Under the pieces are notes generated by a model. The model searched no databases, was not told the origin of the DNA, and saw only the letters and a list, made by a program, of their open reading frames with translations. This document shows, piece after piece, positions 47,612 to 56,075 of a stretch of 64,000 nucleotides of DNA; the stretch's first letter is position 1; every line of letters begins with the position of its first letter. The translations under genes and the position numbers were made by a program. Source of the stretch: Nanobdellota archaeon (GTDB taxonomy: Archaea; Nanobdellota; Nanobdellia; Tiddalikarchaeales; Tiddalikarchaeaceae); assembly GCA_016931175.1 (NCBI GenBank), contig JAFGFH010000022.1, positions 17,527 through 81,526 of the forward strand, in the 5' to 3' direction.

Positions 47612-48877
47612 TTGATGAAGAATAATTTCGGTATCGAAGTATTTGAACCTGAAAAAAGCCTTGGAAGATTTGGAGAATACGACGAGGATTACGGTTTATA
47701 CGCTTTCCAGGATCCTTTCTCAATTGATGAGATGAAATTAAAGTTCAGCAAGCAGATGAGAAGTTTATCACTAAAGACCCAGGTGTTCAACAAACCCTAT
47801 AATAAGAATATTAGAACGAGGTATATTCACAGCGACGAAGTTTATGAATTATGCAAACTAGTCTCTAACGCTTTAAATCTTTACACTCCTTTATGCTGTG
47901 CTGAAGGAGCGGGCCATGACAGCAACCATTTTGCCTTCGGCCACATTACTGAACAACAGCTTACAAACAGATTGAGAAAAGAGACTGGCTGCAGTTACTT
48001 GAAACTGGATCATGTTCTGATGAGTTTAGTTGGTTCGTATTTAATTGAGAGAAAGTGCAACGGGTTAAACCTAATGTATGAAACAATGGAAGGTATTCTT
48101 TATCATTCTACTGGAGGGGGAGCGTTCACTATTGATTCAGAATTGCCGCAGGAATATAGTGTTTTAAGATACGTTGATAAGATTGCTTACTTGTTCAGCG
48201 ACATAAATGATGCTAAACGGCTTGGAATCTTAGATGATGAAAATAAGGATTTCAGACTATTAAAACAGAATCTTAAAGTGCTTGATTCCTGCCCAGTCAT
48301 AATCAATGGAACAGTTAAGAAGTTAAAATTAGACAACCAAAGAGCAAGGGTTTACAACTGCGTTAATGCATTAATCAAAGAAAGCAGAGAAAAAGGCGTT
48401 GTCAGCTTCAGTGAAGGCGAGGTTTTCGAAGCCTTTGATATGATTAGGAGTTTAATGTACGAGTTGGTTTATAACAATATTGACTGGGATATTCAAAACA
48501 AGATGATTGAGAAGATATATGACATCTTAGAGCATAGCTCATTAAACGATTACAGAAAACACTGCGATTATAGAATAATAAGGTATAATAATTTCAGGGA
48601 AAGCATAGGTTTAGAGAAGGTAAAAGCTGAATTCACCCCACACCCTGCTCTTGTAATATCATTGCTGACAGATAATGACGTCATTGAATTAATAAACAAG
48701 AGAATAACGCACAACCAATTAAAATTAGAAGACATATTATTTAAAACCTCATTATACGAATCAGTTCCTTACCTTCTTACAAAAGATATAGATTTGATTA
48801 GTTTAAGCAAAGAATGGGGCAGTTACGGCAAAGAAAATCCTAGAAGGTTTCTTAGAAAATTCTTGAAGATAGAATAA
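47612..48877 (+). CDS. HD-domain phosphohydrolase, dGTPase-like (dNTP triphosphohydrolase family)
   Basis: 421 aa. HD metal-binding pattern (RYIHSDEV...AGHD..HFAFGH) and the dGTPase-family RYVDKIAYLFSDINDA motif. Confidence 0.72.
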   Translation: MMKNNFGIEVFEPEKSLGRFGEYDEDYGLYAFQDPFSIDEMKLKFSKQMRSLSLKTQVFNKPYNKNIRTRYIHSDEVYELCKLVSNALNLYTPLCCAEGAGHDSNHFAFGHITEQQLTNRLRKETGCSYLKLDHVLMSLVGSYLIERKCNGLNLMYETMEGILYHSTGGGAFTIDSELPQEYSVLRYVDKIAYLFSDINDAKRLGILDDENKDFRLLKQNLKVLDSCPVIINGTVKKLKLDNQRARVYNCVNALIKESREKGVVSFSEGEVFEAFDMIRSLMYELVYNNIDWDIQNKMIEKIYDILEHSSLNDYRKHCDYRIIRYNNFRESIGLEKVKAEFTPHPALVISLLTDNDVIELINKRITHNQLKLEDILFKTSLYESVPYLLTKDIDLISLSKEWGSYGKENPRRFLRKFLKIE

Positions 48878-49242
48878 TCTTTCAAATAAAAAAGGTGAGA
48901 ATCACAACTGCAGTCAGTGCAGCCAAATCTTTTAACAGCAATTCCCTGCCTGCTTATTTCTTCTGCCAGCTTGCACTCTTCTTCTTTATTAATAGTTTCC
49001 TTGTAAAAAGCACTTATTATCTTAACATCATTACTCGTTGTTAAGTAATCTATGTGCCAGTGTATTTTCTTATTCTTCCTAAAATGCCTTTCTATTCTCT
49101 TCTCTAAGTTGTTAAGCGCTGAACCAACATAAGAGTAATTTCCTTTTTTCAAGCTTATTATTCCAAGAGAGCCGACTCTTAATTTAGTATCCTTTAAGAC
49201 CTCAAGGTTTAAAGCATAAACTCCTTTCACTTCTTCTCCCAC
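48823..49242 (-). CDS. GIY-YIG domain nuclease-like protein
   Basis: 139 aa. GIY-YIG core (GVYALNLEV...GNYSYVGSALNNLEKRIERH) and a C-terminal Cys cluster (CTDCSCDSH). The 3' end overlaps the convergent HD gene by 55 nt. Confidence 0.6.
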   Translation of the reverse strand: MGEEVKGVYALNLEVLKDTKLRVGSLGIISLKKGNYSYVGSALNNLEKRIERHFRKNKKIHWHIDYLTTSNDVKIISAFYKETINKEEECKLAEEISRQGIAVKRFGCTDCSCDSHLFYLKDYSIFKNFLRNLLGFSLP

Positions 49243-49541
49243 CTGTTCTCGTCCCTGTTCTCTATCTTATGCATCATCTTGTTGAAGGACTCGTCCAAGT
49301 CTATGTTTAATGAGTTCGCTAAGCAGGTAATCGCGAATAATACGTCCGCTATCTCATCACTTAACTCTTTTACATCTTCTGTACTTTTCTTCTTTTTAGG
49401 CCCGTATAAGTGGTTTATCTCTCTTGCTAACTCTCCAACTTCTTCAGTTAGTCTAGCCAGGCTTTCAAAAGGCTTGAAATAACCTAGTTTGTACTGCCTA
49501 ATCCAAGAATCCACCCTTTCCTGTATCTCTTTAAGAGGCAT
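49227..49541 (-). CDS. MazG-like nucleotide pyrophosphohydrolase
   Basis: 104 aa. MazG signature (LTEEVGELAREI...ELSDEIADVLFAITCLANSLNIDLDESF). Confidence 0.8.
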   Translation of the reverse strand: MPLKEIQERVDSWIRQYKLGYFKPFESLARLTEEVGELAREINHLYGPKKKKSTEDVKELSDEIADVLFAITCLANSLNIDLDESFNKMMHKIENRDENRWEKK

Positions 49542-49594
49542 GTAGAATCAAGTAATCACTATTATAAATAAATTATTAAAAAAAAAAGGATTTC

Positions 49595-50362
49595 TTATTC
49601 TATTGTTAAGAAGCTCCACCAAGGCCTTACTACTTGTTCAAGGTTGCCGTTTACAGAATTAATTACAGTCTCAGTATTCATGTTTAAGGGCATTATTCCT
49701 AATAATCTCACTGTCTTCTCTTCCATGATTCTATACTTAGGCATCCCCTCCTCGCTGTATAATTCTACTTGTATTCTGGACTGGTTCTTTACCTGAGCAG
49801 CTATTAATGCATTCTGGGGGGTTACTGTAACTTCCACATTATTTCCTGAAACGTTCAAATACATCCTGCCTTCCTGGAATAATAATTCGTTATTCAAGCT
49901 TAACGATACGTTAACTCCAGCCCCTTCCTGCTGTATTAGTATTCTATTCTGCTCTCTTATTACATTAACCGATGCTGAACCCGTACTGGTTTGAATCCTT
50001 GACCTGATTAAAACAGGACTTTCAACATCTTCATCCACAACAACCCCTTCTACTTCAACACTGTTTAATGATACTCTTATCATGTTAGTGTTGCCTTCCT
50101 GGTTTGCCAAGACACTCACTTGCCCGTTCTGAACCTGAACAGTTGTAGCATTTATTCTTAACTGCGTCTGGTTCATTAACTGAAGAGCTGTTTGTATCTG
50201 CTCCATTACCTGTTCTTGATTCATTGAACCGTTCTGGTACAATACAGGCATAGGAGATACTAGTAAGTCTTCATAATCTGACATGTTGCCTTGTCCTTCA
50301 TTGTCTGAAAAAGCAGGCAAAAAAAGAAGCAGCGCCAAACTTATTAAAAAGTATTTCTTCAT
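49595..50362 (-). CDS. Secreted Gln/Asn/Val-rich protein (hypothetical)
   Basis: 255 aa. N-terminal signal peptide (MKKYFLISLALLLFLPAFS), repetitive Q/N/V-rich beta-like sequence. Confidence 0.5.
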   Translation of the reverse strand: MKKYFLISLALLLFLPAFSDNEGQGNMSDYEDLLVSPMPVLYQNGSMNQEQVMEQIQTALQLMNQTQLRINATTVQVQNGQVSVLANQEGNTNMIRVSLNSVEVEGVVVDEDVESPVLIRSRIQTSTGSASVNVIREQNRILIQQEGAGVNVSLSLNNELLFQEGRMYLNVSGNNVEVTVTPQNALIAAQVKNQSRIQVELYSEEGMPKYRIMEEKTVRLLGIMPLNMNTETVINSVNGNLEQVVRPWWSFLTIE

Positions 50363-50446
50363 AGTTAAAAAAAGATAAGGAGTTAATATAAACTCTTCTA
50401 TTAAAATGAAAAAGAATATAATTTATGAAATGATTTAATATTATTA

Positions 50447-50779
50447 ATGAATAATTTAAGAAACAATTTTTGGATTAATAATTTAATTGCTATAGTTTCA
50501 CTTATCAGTGTTTCACTGTTATGGAAGAATAATGTATTACTATTCTTTGTGCTTTTCAGTATTGCAGTTTTCATGTTATACTCTAGTAAATCCAAGCAGG
50601 AGATTAAAACATTCATATTCTGCGGTTTACTGGGCGCTGCTGCTGAGAGCGTGGCTATTCACTTCGGTGCGTGGAATTACTCAAACCCTGACTCGTATTA
50701 TATTCCTGCATGGCTCATCCTGTTATGGGGGATAGCATCAGTCTTCATAGCAAGAACATACAACAATTTCAAAAAATAA
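50447..50779 (+). CDS. Small membrane protein (hypothetical, 110 aa)
   Basis: Three predicted TM helices. Convergent with the 50781 methyltransferase. Confidence 0.4.
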   Translation: MNNLRNNFWINNLIAIVSLISVSLLWKNNVLLFFVLFSIAVFMLYSSKSKQEIKTFIFCGLLGAAAESVAIHFGAWNYSNPDSYYIPAWLILLWGIASVFIARTYNNFKK

Positions 50780-50780
50780 A

Positions 50781-51383
50781 TTATTTTCTGCACTTTGCAT
50801 AAAGAGTTAATCCAAAAGGCAGCAAAAACCCTAAACTTATTAATTTGTTTTCAAAGGAGAGTATTAAATAAAATACTTTGTCTAAAAATTTTGGGAATAT
50901 TGACATGTCATCCGGTTTTTTATTATCTGGTTTTAATAATCTGAATAATATTATTAAAGGTGATAAAAACATGTTCCAGTACCCGAATTTTTCTATCCTA
51001 AAATTTTTAGTAAGAACATCATAAAGTCCATCACGAGTGTATCTTCTCTTATGTTCAAGCGCACTATCATGGCTGCTGTAAATAACAGGGTGTGCTGGAA
51101 CAGTCAATAAGAGTGTTCCTTTCTTTTTTAAAACCCTGCATACCTCTTTTATAACCTTATCATCTTTTTCAGTGTGTTCAAGAACATCAAAGAGTATAAC
51201 AATGTCAAAATAATTGCTGGGGTAAGAGATTTTCTCCGCATCACAAAATTTCTTTTCATAATAATAATCCTTTGGTATTAATTTTAAGACCTCTTTGTTT
51301 ATATCCGTGGCGTAAACTCTGCCATATTTCTTAAGCATTAATAAATCTCCTCCAGTTCCGACGCCTAAATCTAAAATCTTCAA
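50781..51383 (-). CDS. Class I SAM-dependent methyltransferase
   Basis: Motif I LDLGVGTGGD, acidic motif FDIVILFDVLEH, motif III LKKKGTLLLTVP. Appears to use a TTG start. Confidence 0.8.
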   Translation of the reverse strand: MKILDLGVGTGGDLLMLKKYGRVYATDINKEVLKLIPKDYYYEKKFCDAEKISYPSNYFDIVILFDVLEHTEKDDKVIKEVCRVLKKKGTLLLTVPAHPVIYSSHDSALEHKRRYTRDGLYDVLTKNFRIEKFGYWNMFLSPLIILFRLLKPDNKKPDDMSIFPKFLDKVFYLILSFENKLISLGFLLPFGLTLYAKCRK

Positions 51384-51543
51384 ATCTTTTACCTTCTCAG
51401 GAGATATTTGAAGGAGTTATGGTTTCTCATACCTATAGAGTTATCCTTTACAATAACTTCAGTTCTGGCATTCTGGAACGACCCGGGCATAGTTGAAATA
51501 GCAAACATAATCTTTTACAGATTCATTTAAAAAAAGAGTTAAT

Positions 51544-51987
51544 TTATTTTTTAAGTAAGTCTTTCATTAATCCTATTTCATATTCTTGCGCTTGAATTAT
51601 TGCTTGCGATAAATTTATTACTTCAGGGTCAAAGAGTTCAGCATTCTCACTTGTAAGTATTGCAGATGAATGGTGTGATATCATTGCAGCCATGTACTGG
51701 TCATCTGATATAAAAGTTTGATTTCTCAAAAAATACAGTGAAAATATAAAAACAATAATGCTTGAGAGTATGATAATATTATTTAGTTTCTTATCTTCAT
51801 ACATTTTTTCCATTACTAACATCATTGTTATCGCCATTGGAGAAACCATTAATAAAGTCATGTAAACCCTTGTTAAACTAAAATAAACATGACTAATATC
51901 TGCTACATTCAAAAACATAACAATATACATTATAACAAAAGATACAAGCAAATTAACTCCTAATCTTACATAATTCTGATTTTTCAC
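51544..51987 (-). CDS. Hypothetical membrane protein (147 aa, 3 TM)
   Basis: Clean ORF immediately left of the first cassette-boundary repeat. Confidence 0.5.
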   Translation of the reverse strand: MKNQNYVRLGVNLLVSFVIMYIVMFLNVADISHVYFSLTRVYMTLLMVSPMAITMMLVMEKMYEDKKLNNIIILSSIIVFIFSLYFLRNQTFISDDQYMAAMISHHSSAILTSENAELFDPEVINLSQAIIQAQEYEIGLMKDLLKK

Positions 51988-52032
51988 TAATTAATAATTA
52001 CTTTAAAAGTTTATATAACTTTTCTAAAAATA

Positions 52033-52098
52033 AAAAGACGCGCCCTGACTAAAAACAGCACTTAATGTCCAGTTTACGCAATGAAATGGAAAATGTAT
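52033..52098. repeat. Cassette-boundary repeat R1: ~60-nt element beginning with tRNA-Asp 3'-end core (gccctgact)
   Basis: aaaagacgcgccctgactAAaaacagcacttaatgtccagtttacgcaatgaaatggaaaa is nearly identical to the element at 54454-54519. The core matches the 3' end of tRNA-Asp at 57747-57759. Confidence 0.85.
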
Positions 52099-52123
52099 TA
52101 ATATATTATAACATTAATTATTT

Positions 52124-53035
52124 ATGTATTTTAAACAGAAGTTTGAGCCTAAAAAAGGAGTTATTCATGGTGCTGGCCAGGAGGGAACCCCTTTTAATTA
52201 CCCTGTTGATTTTAAGGATTACTGGGATAGTGTTGGTGAAAATAAGCCTCTGCTTTTTATGACGTATATCCAGCTCAAGTGGATTAATAAGAAATGGTTT
52301 GAGCTTACTAAAAAACAAGTTAAATATTTTCCAAATATTATTTTACAGATTGGTTTATCCATTAGTGATACTCATTCAGGAGAACCAGAAAAACATTATG
52401 AACAAGATGTTTTATCTGGGAAATTTGATAAGAATATTCAAGAGTTTTGTCAGGAGGTTAAGAAATTAAAAAGTCCTGTTTTTGTTAGATTAGGTTATGA
52501 GTTTAATGGTTTATCTTGGTATGGTTATCAACCCAATTCTTTTGTTAAAGCTTGGAGATACGTAATTGATAAGGTTAAAAAAGATAATGTTAATAATGTT
52601 GCTTGGGTGTGGCATTATTCTCCTGAAGGTGAAAAGAATTACATGGACTATTATCCGGGTGATGATTATGTTAATTGGTGGGGAACTACTTTATTTTTTA
52701 TGAGAGAGATAGAAAAAAGTAAAAAGTTTTTGAAGGATGCTGAGAATCACAAAAAACCTGTTATGATTTGTGAATCTTCAGCTGTTAATGTAACCACTCT
52801 TAAAGGTGAAGATAGTTGGCGGGAATGGTTTAAACCTTATTTTAATTATATTAAAACTAATCCAATAATTAAAGCTTTTTGTTATATTAATGGAAATTGG
52901 GCAGAAAAAGAAAAAATCTGGAAGGAATGGGGGGAATGCAGAATATCAAAAAACAAAACAGTAATGAGTAAATATAAAAAGGAATTAGAAAATAAAATCT
53001 ACATCCATAATAAAGACTATAAAAAAATTAAATAA
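52124..53035 (+). CDS. Glycoside hydrolase, family 26-like (beta-mannanase-type fold)
   Basis: 303 aa. GH26-like motifs: VFVRLGYEFNG (acid/base Glu region), WVWHYSP...YYPGDDYVNWWGTTLF, and PVMICESSA (nucleophile Glu region). Confidence 0.6.
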   Translation: MYFKQKFEPKKGVIHGAGQEGTPFNYPVDFKDYWDSVGENKPLLFMTYIQLKWINKKWFELTKKQVKYFPNIILQIGLSISDTHSGEPEKHYEQDVLSGKFDKNIQEFCQEVKKLKSPVFVRLGYEFNGLSWYGYQPNSFVKAWRYVIDKVKKDNVNNVAWVWHYSPEGEKNYMDYYPGDDYVNWWGTTLFFMREIEKSKKFLKDAENHKKPVMICESSAVNVTTLKGEDSWREWFKPYFNYIKTNPIIKAFCYINGNWAEKEKIWKEWGECRISKNKTVMSKYKKELENKIYIHNKDYKKIK

Positions 53036-53048
53036 ATAATAAGTTTAT

Positions 53049-53058
53049 CGCCCTGACT
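53049..53058. repeat. Cassette-boundary repeat R2 (core cgccctgact only)
   Basis: 10-nt copy of the tRNA-Asp 3'-end core lying between the convergent stops of the 52124 and 53079 genes. Confidence 0.6.
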
Positions 53059-53078
53059 CTTCTTTACTGTTTTGTAAA

Positions 53079-54404
53079 TTAAAAACGCTGTTCCACAAAG
53101 TTATCAAATATTTTTGTAACCTCATCAAAGGTAACAGGTCTTGCTATTAAAAAAACTGGTTTCTTATACGAACCATCATACTCTGTTAAAGGAATTAATG
53201 TTTTCGCTCTTAACGCTTCGCTTTCTTCAAATTGTTTTTTGGATAAGATAAAATTTGTTTTAAATGCGTTTTCTGTGTAATCTTCATATGGTTTATTATC
53301 AATAACAAAAATGTTGTCTGATGAATTTGGATGTATTTGCACTAATATTTTATCATCCTCGCTTAAACCTATTTGACATAAGGTCATTCCAGGAATTTCT
53401 AAATATTCTTTTCTATCTTTAGATTCATCAACGATTCCTTGACCACAATATATAAAACTATACCTACTTAAAAACAATCCTCTACTTTGAGTAATTGCAT
53501 TTTTATCAAAACCCTTTAGTTTGGAGCAATCACAATTAACTTCTCTGAATTTCTTGATTTTTGATGCATCTGCCCAAGCGTATAATTTTCCAAATTTTTC
53601 TAAATAAGGTGTTTTTTCTGGTAAAGTAATTTTTTGGTCTTGGTTAATTGGGGTTCTTAAAATTTTTTCCAAAAATTCATTTTTCATCCAATCAATTGCT
53701 GAATTTTTAATAGTATTCCATGATAATTGATGAGGTATTCCTGCCATGTCCAAGAATTCTGTTAATTTGTGTGGATTTTTAATTATTTGAGAGTAAAAAA
53801 TGAAACTTTTAAATCTCTCTCTTGGGTCTTTACTCTCTTTGTCTAAAAATCCGAGTTTATCAAAAATCGGCTCTAATTTTGTGTCATAGTCTCCCACACA
53901 ATCTTTATACATCCAATGCAAATCATCCCTATAAGAATCCCCTTTGTAACCTCTTCCAGCATATCTAACAGCACTGTTTGTAAACGTGAATCCGTCTTTT
54001 TTAACAAAGATTCCGCTGTCATCGTTATATAATTTTATTTCCAAGTCTAAGGGCTTAATATTAATTTCGGAAGGATTTGCAACATCCCTTATAAATTTAT
54101 TCCAATCTTTGCCTGTTTGTCTGCAATTCCATAAGTAAAAATCATTTGATTGAATTTTAAAGATATAATTAAAAATTCCTTGACTTATTGTAACTTCAAT
54201 ATTGCCCAATCCGGGTATTAAAATATTATCTTTAACAAAATCGTCTGGAGAATGCTTATAAGCATCTAATCTTCGTGGAAGACGCTTGCTTATTTCTAAA
54301 CATATATTATTTGATACTTCATCAATATCATAAGCTCTAAAACTTTCAGAACCTAACTTATCTTTATTCTCTTCTGATACAATTGAATGTGAAATATTAT
54401 TCAT
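53079..54404 (-). CDS. Hypothetical protein (441 aa), cassette-encoded
   Basis: Clean, long ORF. No motif recognised. Asn/Lys/Ile-rich. Confidence 0.5.
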   Translation of the reverse strand: MNNISHSIVSEENKDKLGSESFRAYDIDEVSNNICLEISKRLPRRLDAYKHSPDDFVKDNILIPGLGNIEVTISQGIFNYIFKIQSNDFYLWNCRQTGKDWNKFIRDVANPSEINIKPLDLEIKLYNDDSGIFVKKDGFTFTNSAVRYAGRGYKGDSYRDDLHWMYKDCVGDYDTKLEPIFDKLGFLDKESKDPRERFKSFIFYSQIIKNPHKLTEFLDMAGIPHQLSWNTIKNSAIDWMKNEFLEKILRTPINQDQKITLPEKTPYLEKFGKLYAWADASKIKKFREVNCDCSKLKGFDKNAITQSRGLFLSRYSFIYCGQGIVDESKDRKEYLEIPGMTLCQIGLSEDDKILVQIHPNSSDNIFVIDNKPYEDYTENAFKTNFILSKKQFEESEALRAKTLIPLTEYDGSYKKPVFLIARPVTFDEVTKIFDNFVEQRF

Positions 54405-54453
54405 TAAACACTCTATTAGAAAAATCTATTTAAAAACTTTACTAAATATAAAG

Positions 54454-54519
54454 AAAAGACGCGCCCTGACTGGAAACAGCACTTAATGTCCAGTTTACGC
54501 AATGAAATGGAAAAGTATT
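54454..54519. repeat. Cassette-boundary repeat R3: ~60-nt element with tRNA-Asp 3'-end core (gccctgactgg)
   Basis: aaaagacgcgccctgactGGaaacagcacttaatgtccagtttacgcaatgaaatggaaaa is a near-identical copy of R1. Confidence 0.85.
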
Positions 54520-54545
54520 TTATAACTTATAATTATTGTTAAAAT

Positions 54546-54890
54546 ATGAAATGTAGTCATAGTTTTTATTCTAAAAATGGAGAAGCTGTTTGTAGTAAAT
54601 GTGGAGAAAATAGAGGTAAAGTTCCTGAGTTTCAAGAATTAGACTATAATGAAATAGGAGAATTTGCTGTTCGTATAAGAAAATTAAGTGATGAAGAAAT
54701 TGATGAAGTTTGGTATCTTTGCGGTTTTATTATTAGTGATCATCGAAGTGATTTGAAAGCTCTCCGAGATTATGACATTAAACAAATAAGAAAAAGTGTT
54801 CAAGGAGCTTATGGCGTATTAGAAATATTATTACAAGAAACTTTTGTTGAAGACTTTAGAAAAAACTTGAAAAAAGTAGAAAATAAGTAA
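54546..54890 (+). CDS. Small zinc-ribbon protein (114 aa), cassette-encoded
   Basis: N-terminal C-x-H...C-x2-C (CSHSFYSKNGEAVCSKCG) then an acidic helical region. Confidence 0.45.
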   Translation: MKCSHSFYSKNGEAVCSKCGENRGKVPEFQELDYNEIGEFAVRIRKLSDEEIDEVWYLCGFIISDHRSDLKALRDYDIKQIRKSVQGAYGVLEILLQETFVEDFRKNLKKVENK

Positions 54891-54896
54891 AAGGCT

Positions 54897-54908
54897 GCCC
54901 TGACTGGG
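54897..54908. repeat. Cassette-boundary repeat R4 (gccctgactggg)
   Basis: 12-nt exact copy of the tRNA-Asp 3' end between the convergent stops of the 54546 and 55015 genes. Confidence 0.7.
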
Positions 54909-55014
54909 CACTATGAAAAATTCACAACGCCCTACATTTGAGCGTAGTTTTTTAATGCTATACTAATATTTATACAGAGATGGGATTTATAGTTTTTGTT
55001 TAGGTGACCACAAA

Positions 55015-55944
55015 TTATCTTTTCTTCTTTTTCGTGGACACCTTTTTCAATGTCTTTTTGTATTGTTTTATTAAGAATTTCATTGTTGGTTTTAAATCCT
55101 GATTTTTAGAATATTGTTGCAGGACAAAATAGTACTCTTTTCTGTCTTCCAAGATTATGTTCAATGGAGGATAATTATTCTTAAGCAAGATATAGTTCAA
55201 TAATAATCTTCCAACCCTTCCATTACCATCTTGAAAAGGGTGAATGTGTTCAAATTGGTTATGAATTATTGCTGCCAAAGCCAAAGGTTTAAACTTAGTT
55301 TTATTCTTTTTATACCAACCCACTAAATCTTTCAAATAACTCATTAATTTACGTTTAGGAACTCCTTTATGAACTATTCCTCCCTTTCCATCTGTGATAA
55401 CAACTTCAACATTTCTATATTCTCCTGCAAATGATTTAGTGCCTTTAAAACAAATCTTATGAATTTTTTTAATAAATTCAAGTGATATATCTTGTTTACT
55501 TTTTTTTATAAATTCAACGGCTTTTGCAACATTTTTTGTTTCAATCTCTCCATCATCTTGTGGAACTTTTTTATTTTCTAATAAGTCTTTAACTTCACCT
55601 AATTCAACAGTTGAACCTTCAATAGCATTAGTGTTATAAACAAACTCTTCAGTGAACCTCTTCCAGTCAATCTTATCTAAATGAATAATTTTAATCTCTT
55701 TTTCATAATCATTAATCTTATTAATCTGATTCTTAGTTAAACTAAAATCAAAAACATCAGTTTTTAACTCATCCAAAACTTGCTTTAATTCTTCCTTAGC
55801 TTTATTTTTTGCAGATTCTAACCCATTCTTTGTTAGATTTTTTCCAAGATATTTTCTAATCTTCTGGACTTTGCCTTGCTCCCTATATGAATATACAAGA
55901 TAATATTTTACATCCTTACCTGCTTTTCTTTTCTCAACATACAT
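55015..55944 (-). CDS. Fic/Doc-family protein (putative AMPylase-type toxin/regulator)
   Basis: 309 aa with canonical Fic motif HPFxDGNGRxxR (HPFQDGNGRVGRLL). Confidence 0.85.
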   Translation of the reverse strand: MYVEKRKAGKDVKYYLVYSYREQGKVQKIRKYLGKNLTKNGLESAKNKAKEELKQVLDELKTDVFDFSLTKNQINKINDYEKEIKIIHLDKIDWKRFTEEFVYNTNAIEGSTVELGEVKDLLENKKVPQDDGEIETKNVAKAVEFIKKSKQDISLEFIKKIHKICFKGTKSFAGEYRNVEVVITDGKGGIVHKGVPKRKLMSYLKDLVGWYKKNKTKFKPLALAAIIHNQFEHIHPFQDGNGRVGRLLLNYILLKNNYPPLNIILEDRKEYYFVLQQYSKNQDLKPTMKFLIKQYKKTLKKVSTKKKKR

Positions 55945-55953
55945 ACAACATAG

Positions 55954-55997
55954 TAGGTGCCCACATTTTATAAACTTATCTTAAAGTGTGGTCACCT
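55954..55997. promoter_or_regulatory. Putative Fic promoter: imperfect 12-bp inverted repeat (taggtgcccaca ... tgtggtcaccta) bracketing a TATA-like box (ttttataaactt)
   Basis: Dyad arms at 55954-55965 and 55987-55997 flank ttttataaactt about 10-45 nt upstream of the Fic start. A third half-site copy (taggtgaccacaa, 55001-55013) lies just past the Fic stop. Confidence 0.45.
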
Positions 55998-56016
55998 ATA
56001 AATAAAAATTCAGAAG

Positions 56017-56030
56017 CGCCCTGACTGGGA
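56017..56030. repeat. Cassette-boundary repeat R5 (cgccctgactggga)
   Basis: 14-nt exact copy of the tRNA-Asp 3' end between the Fic start and the 56076 gene stop. Confidence 0.75.
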
Positions 56031-56075
56031 AGAGCAAACTCTGTTCTGATTAAGATTAATTTTATATTATAATAA

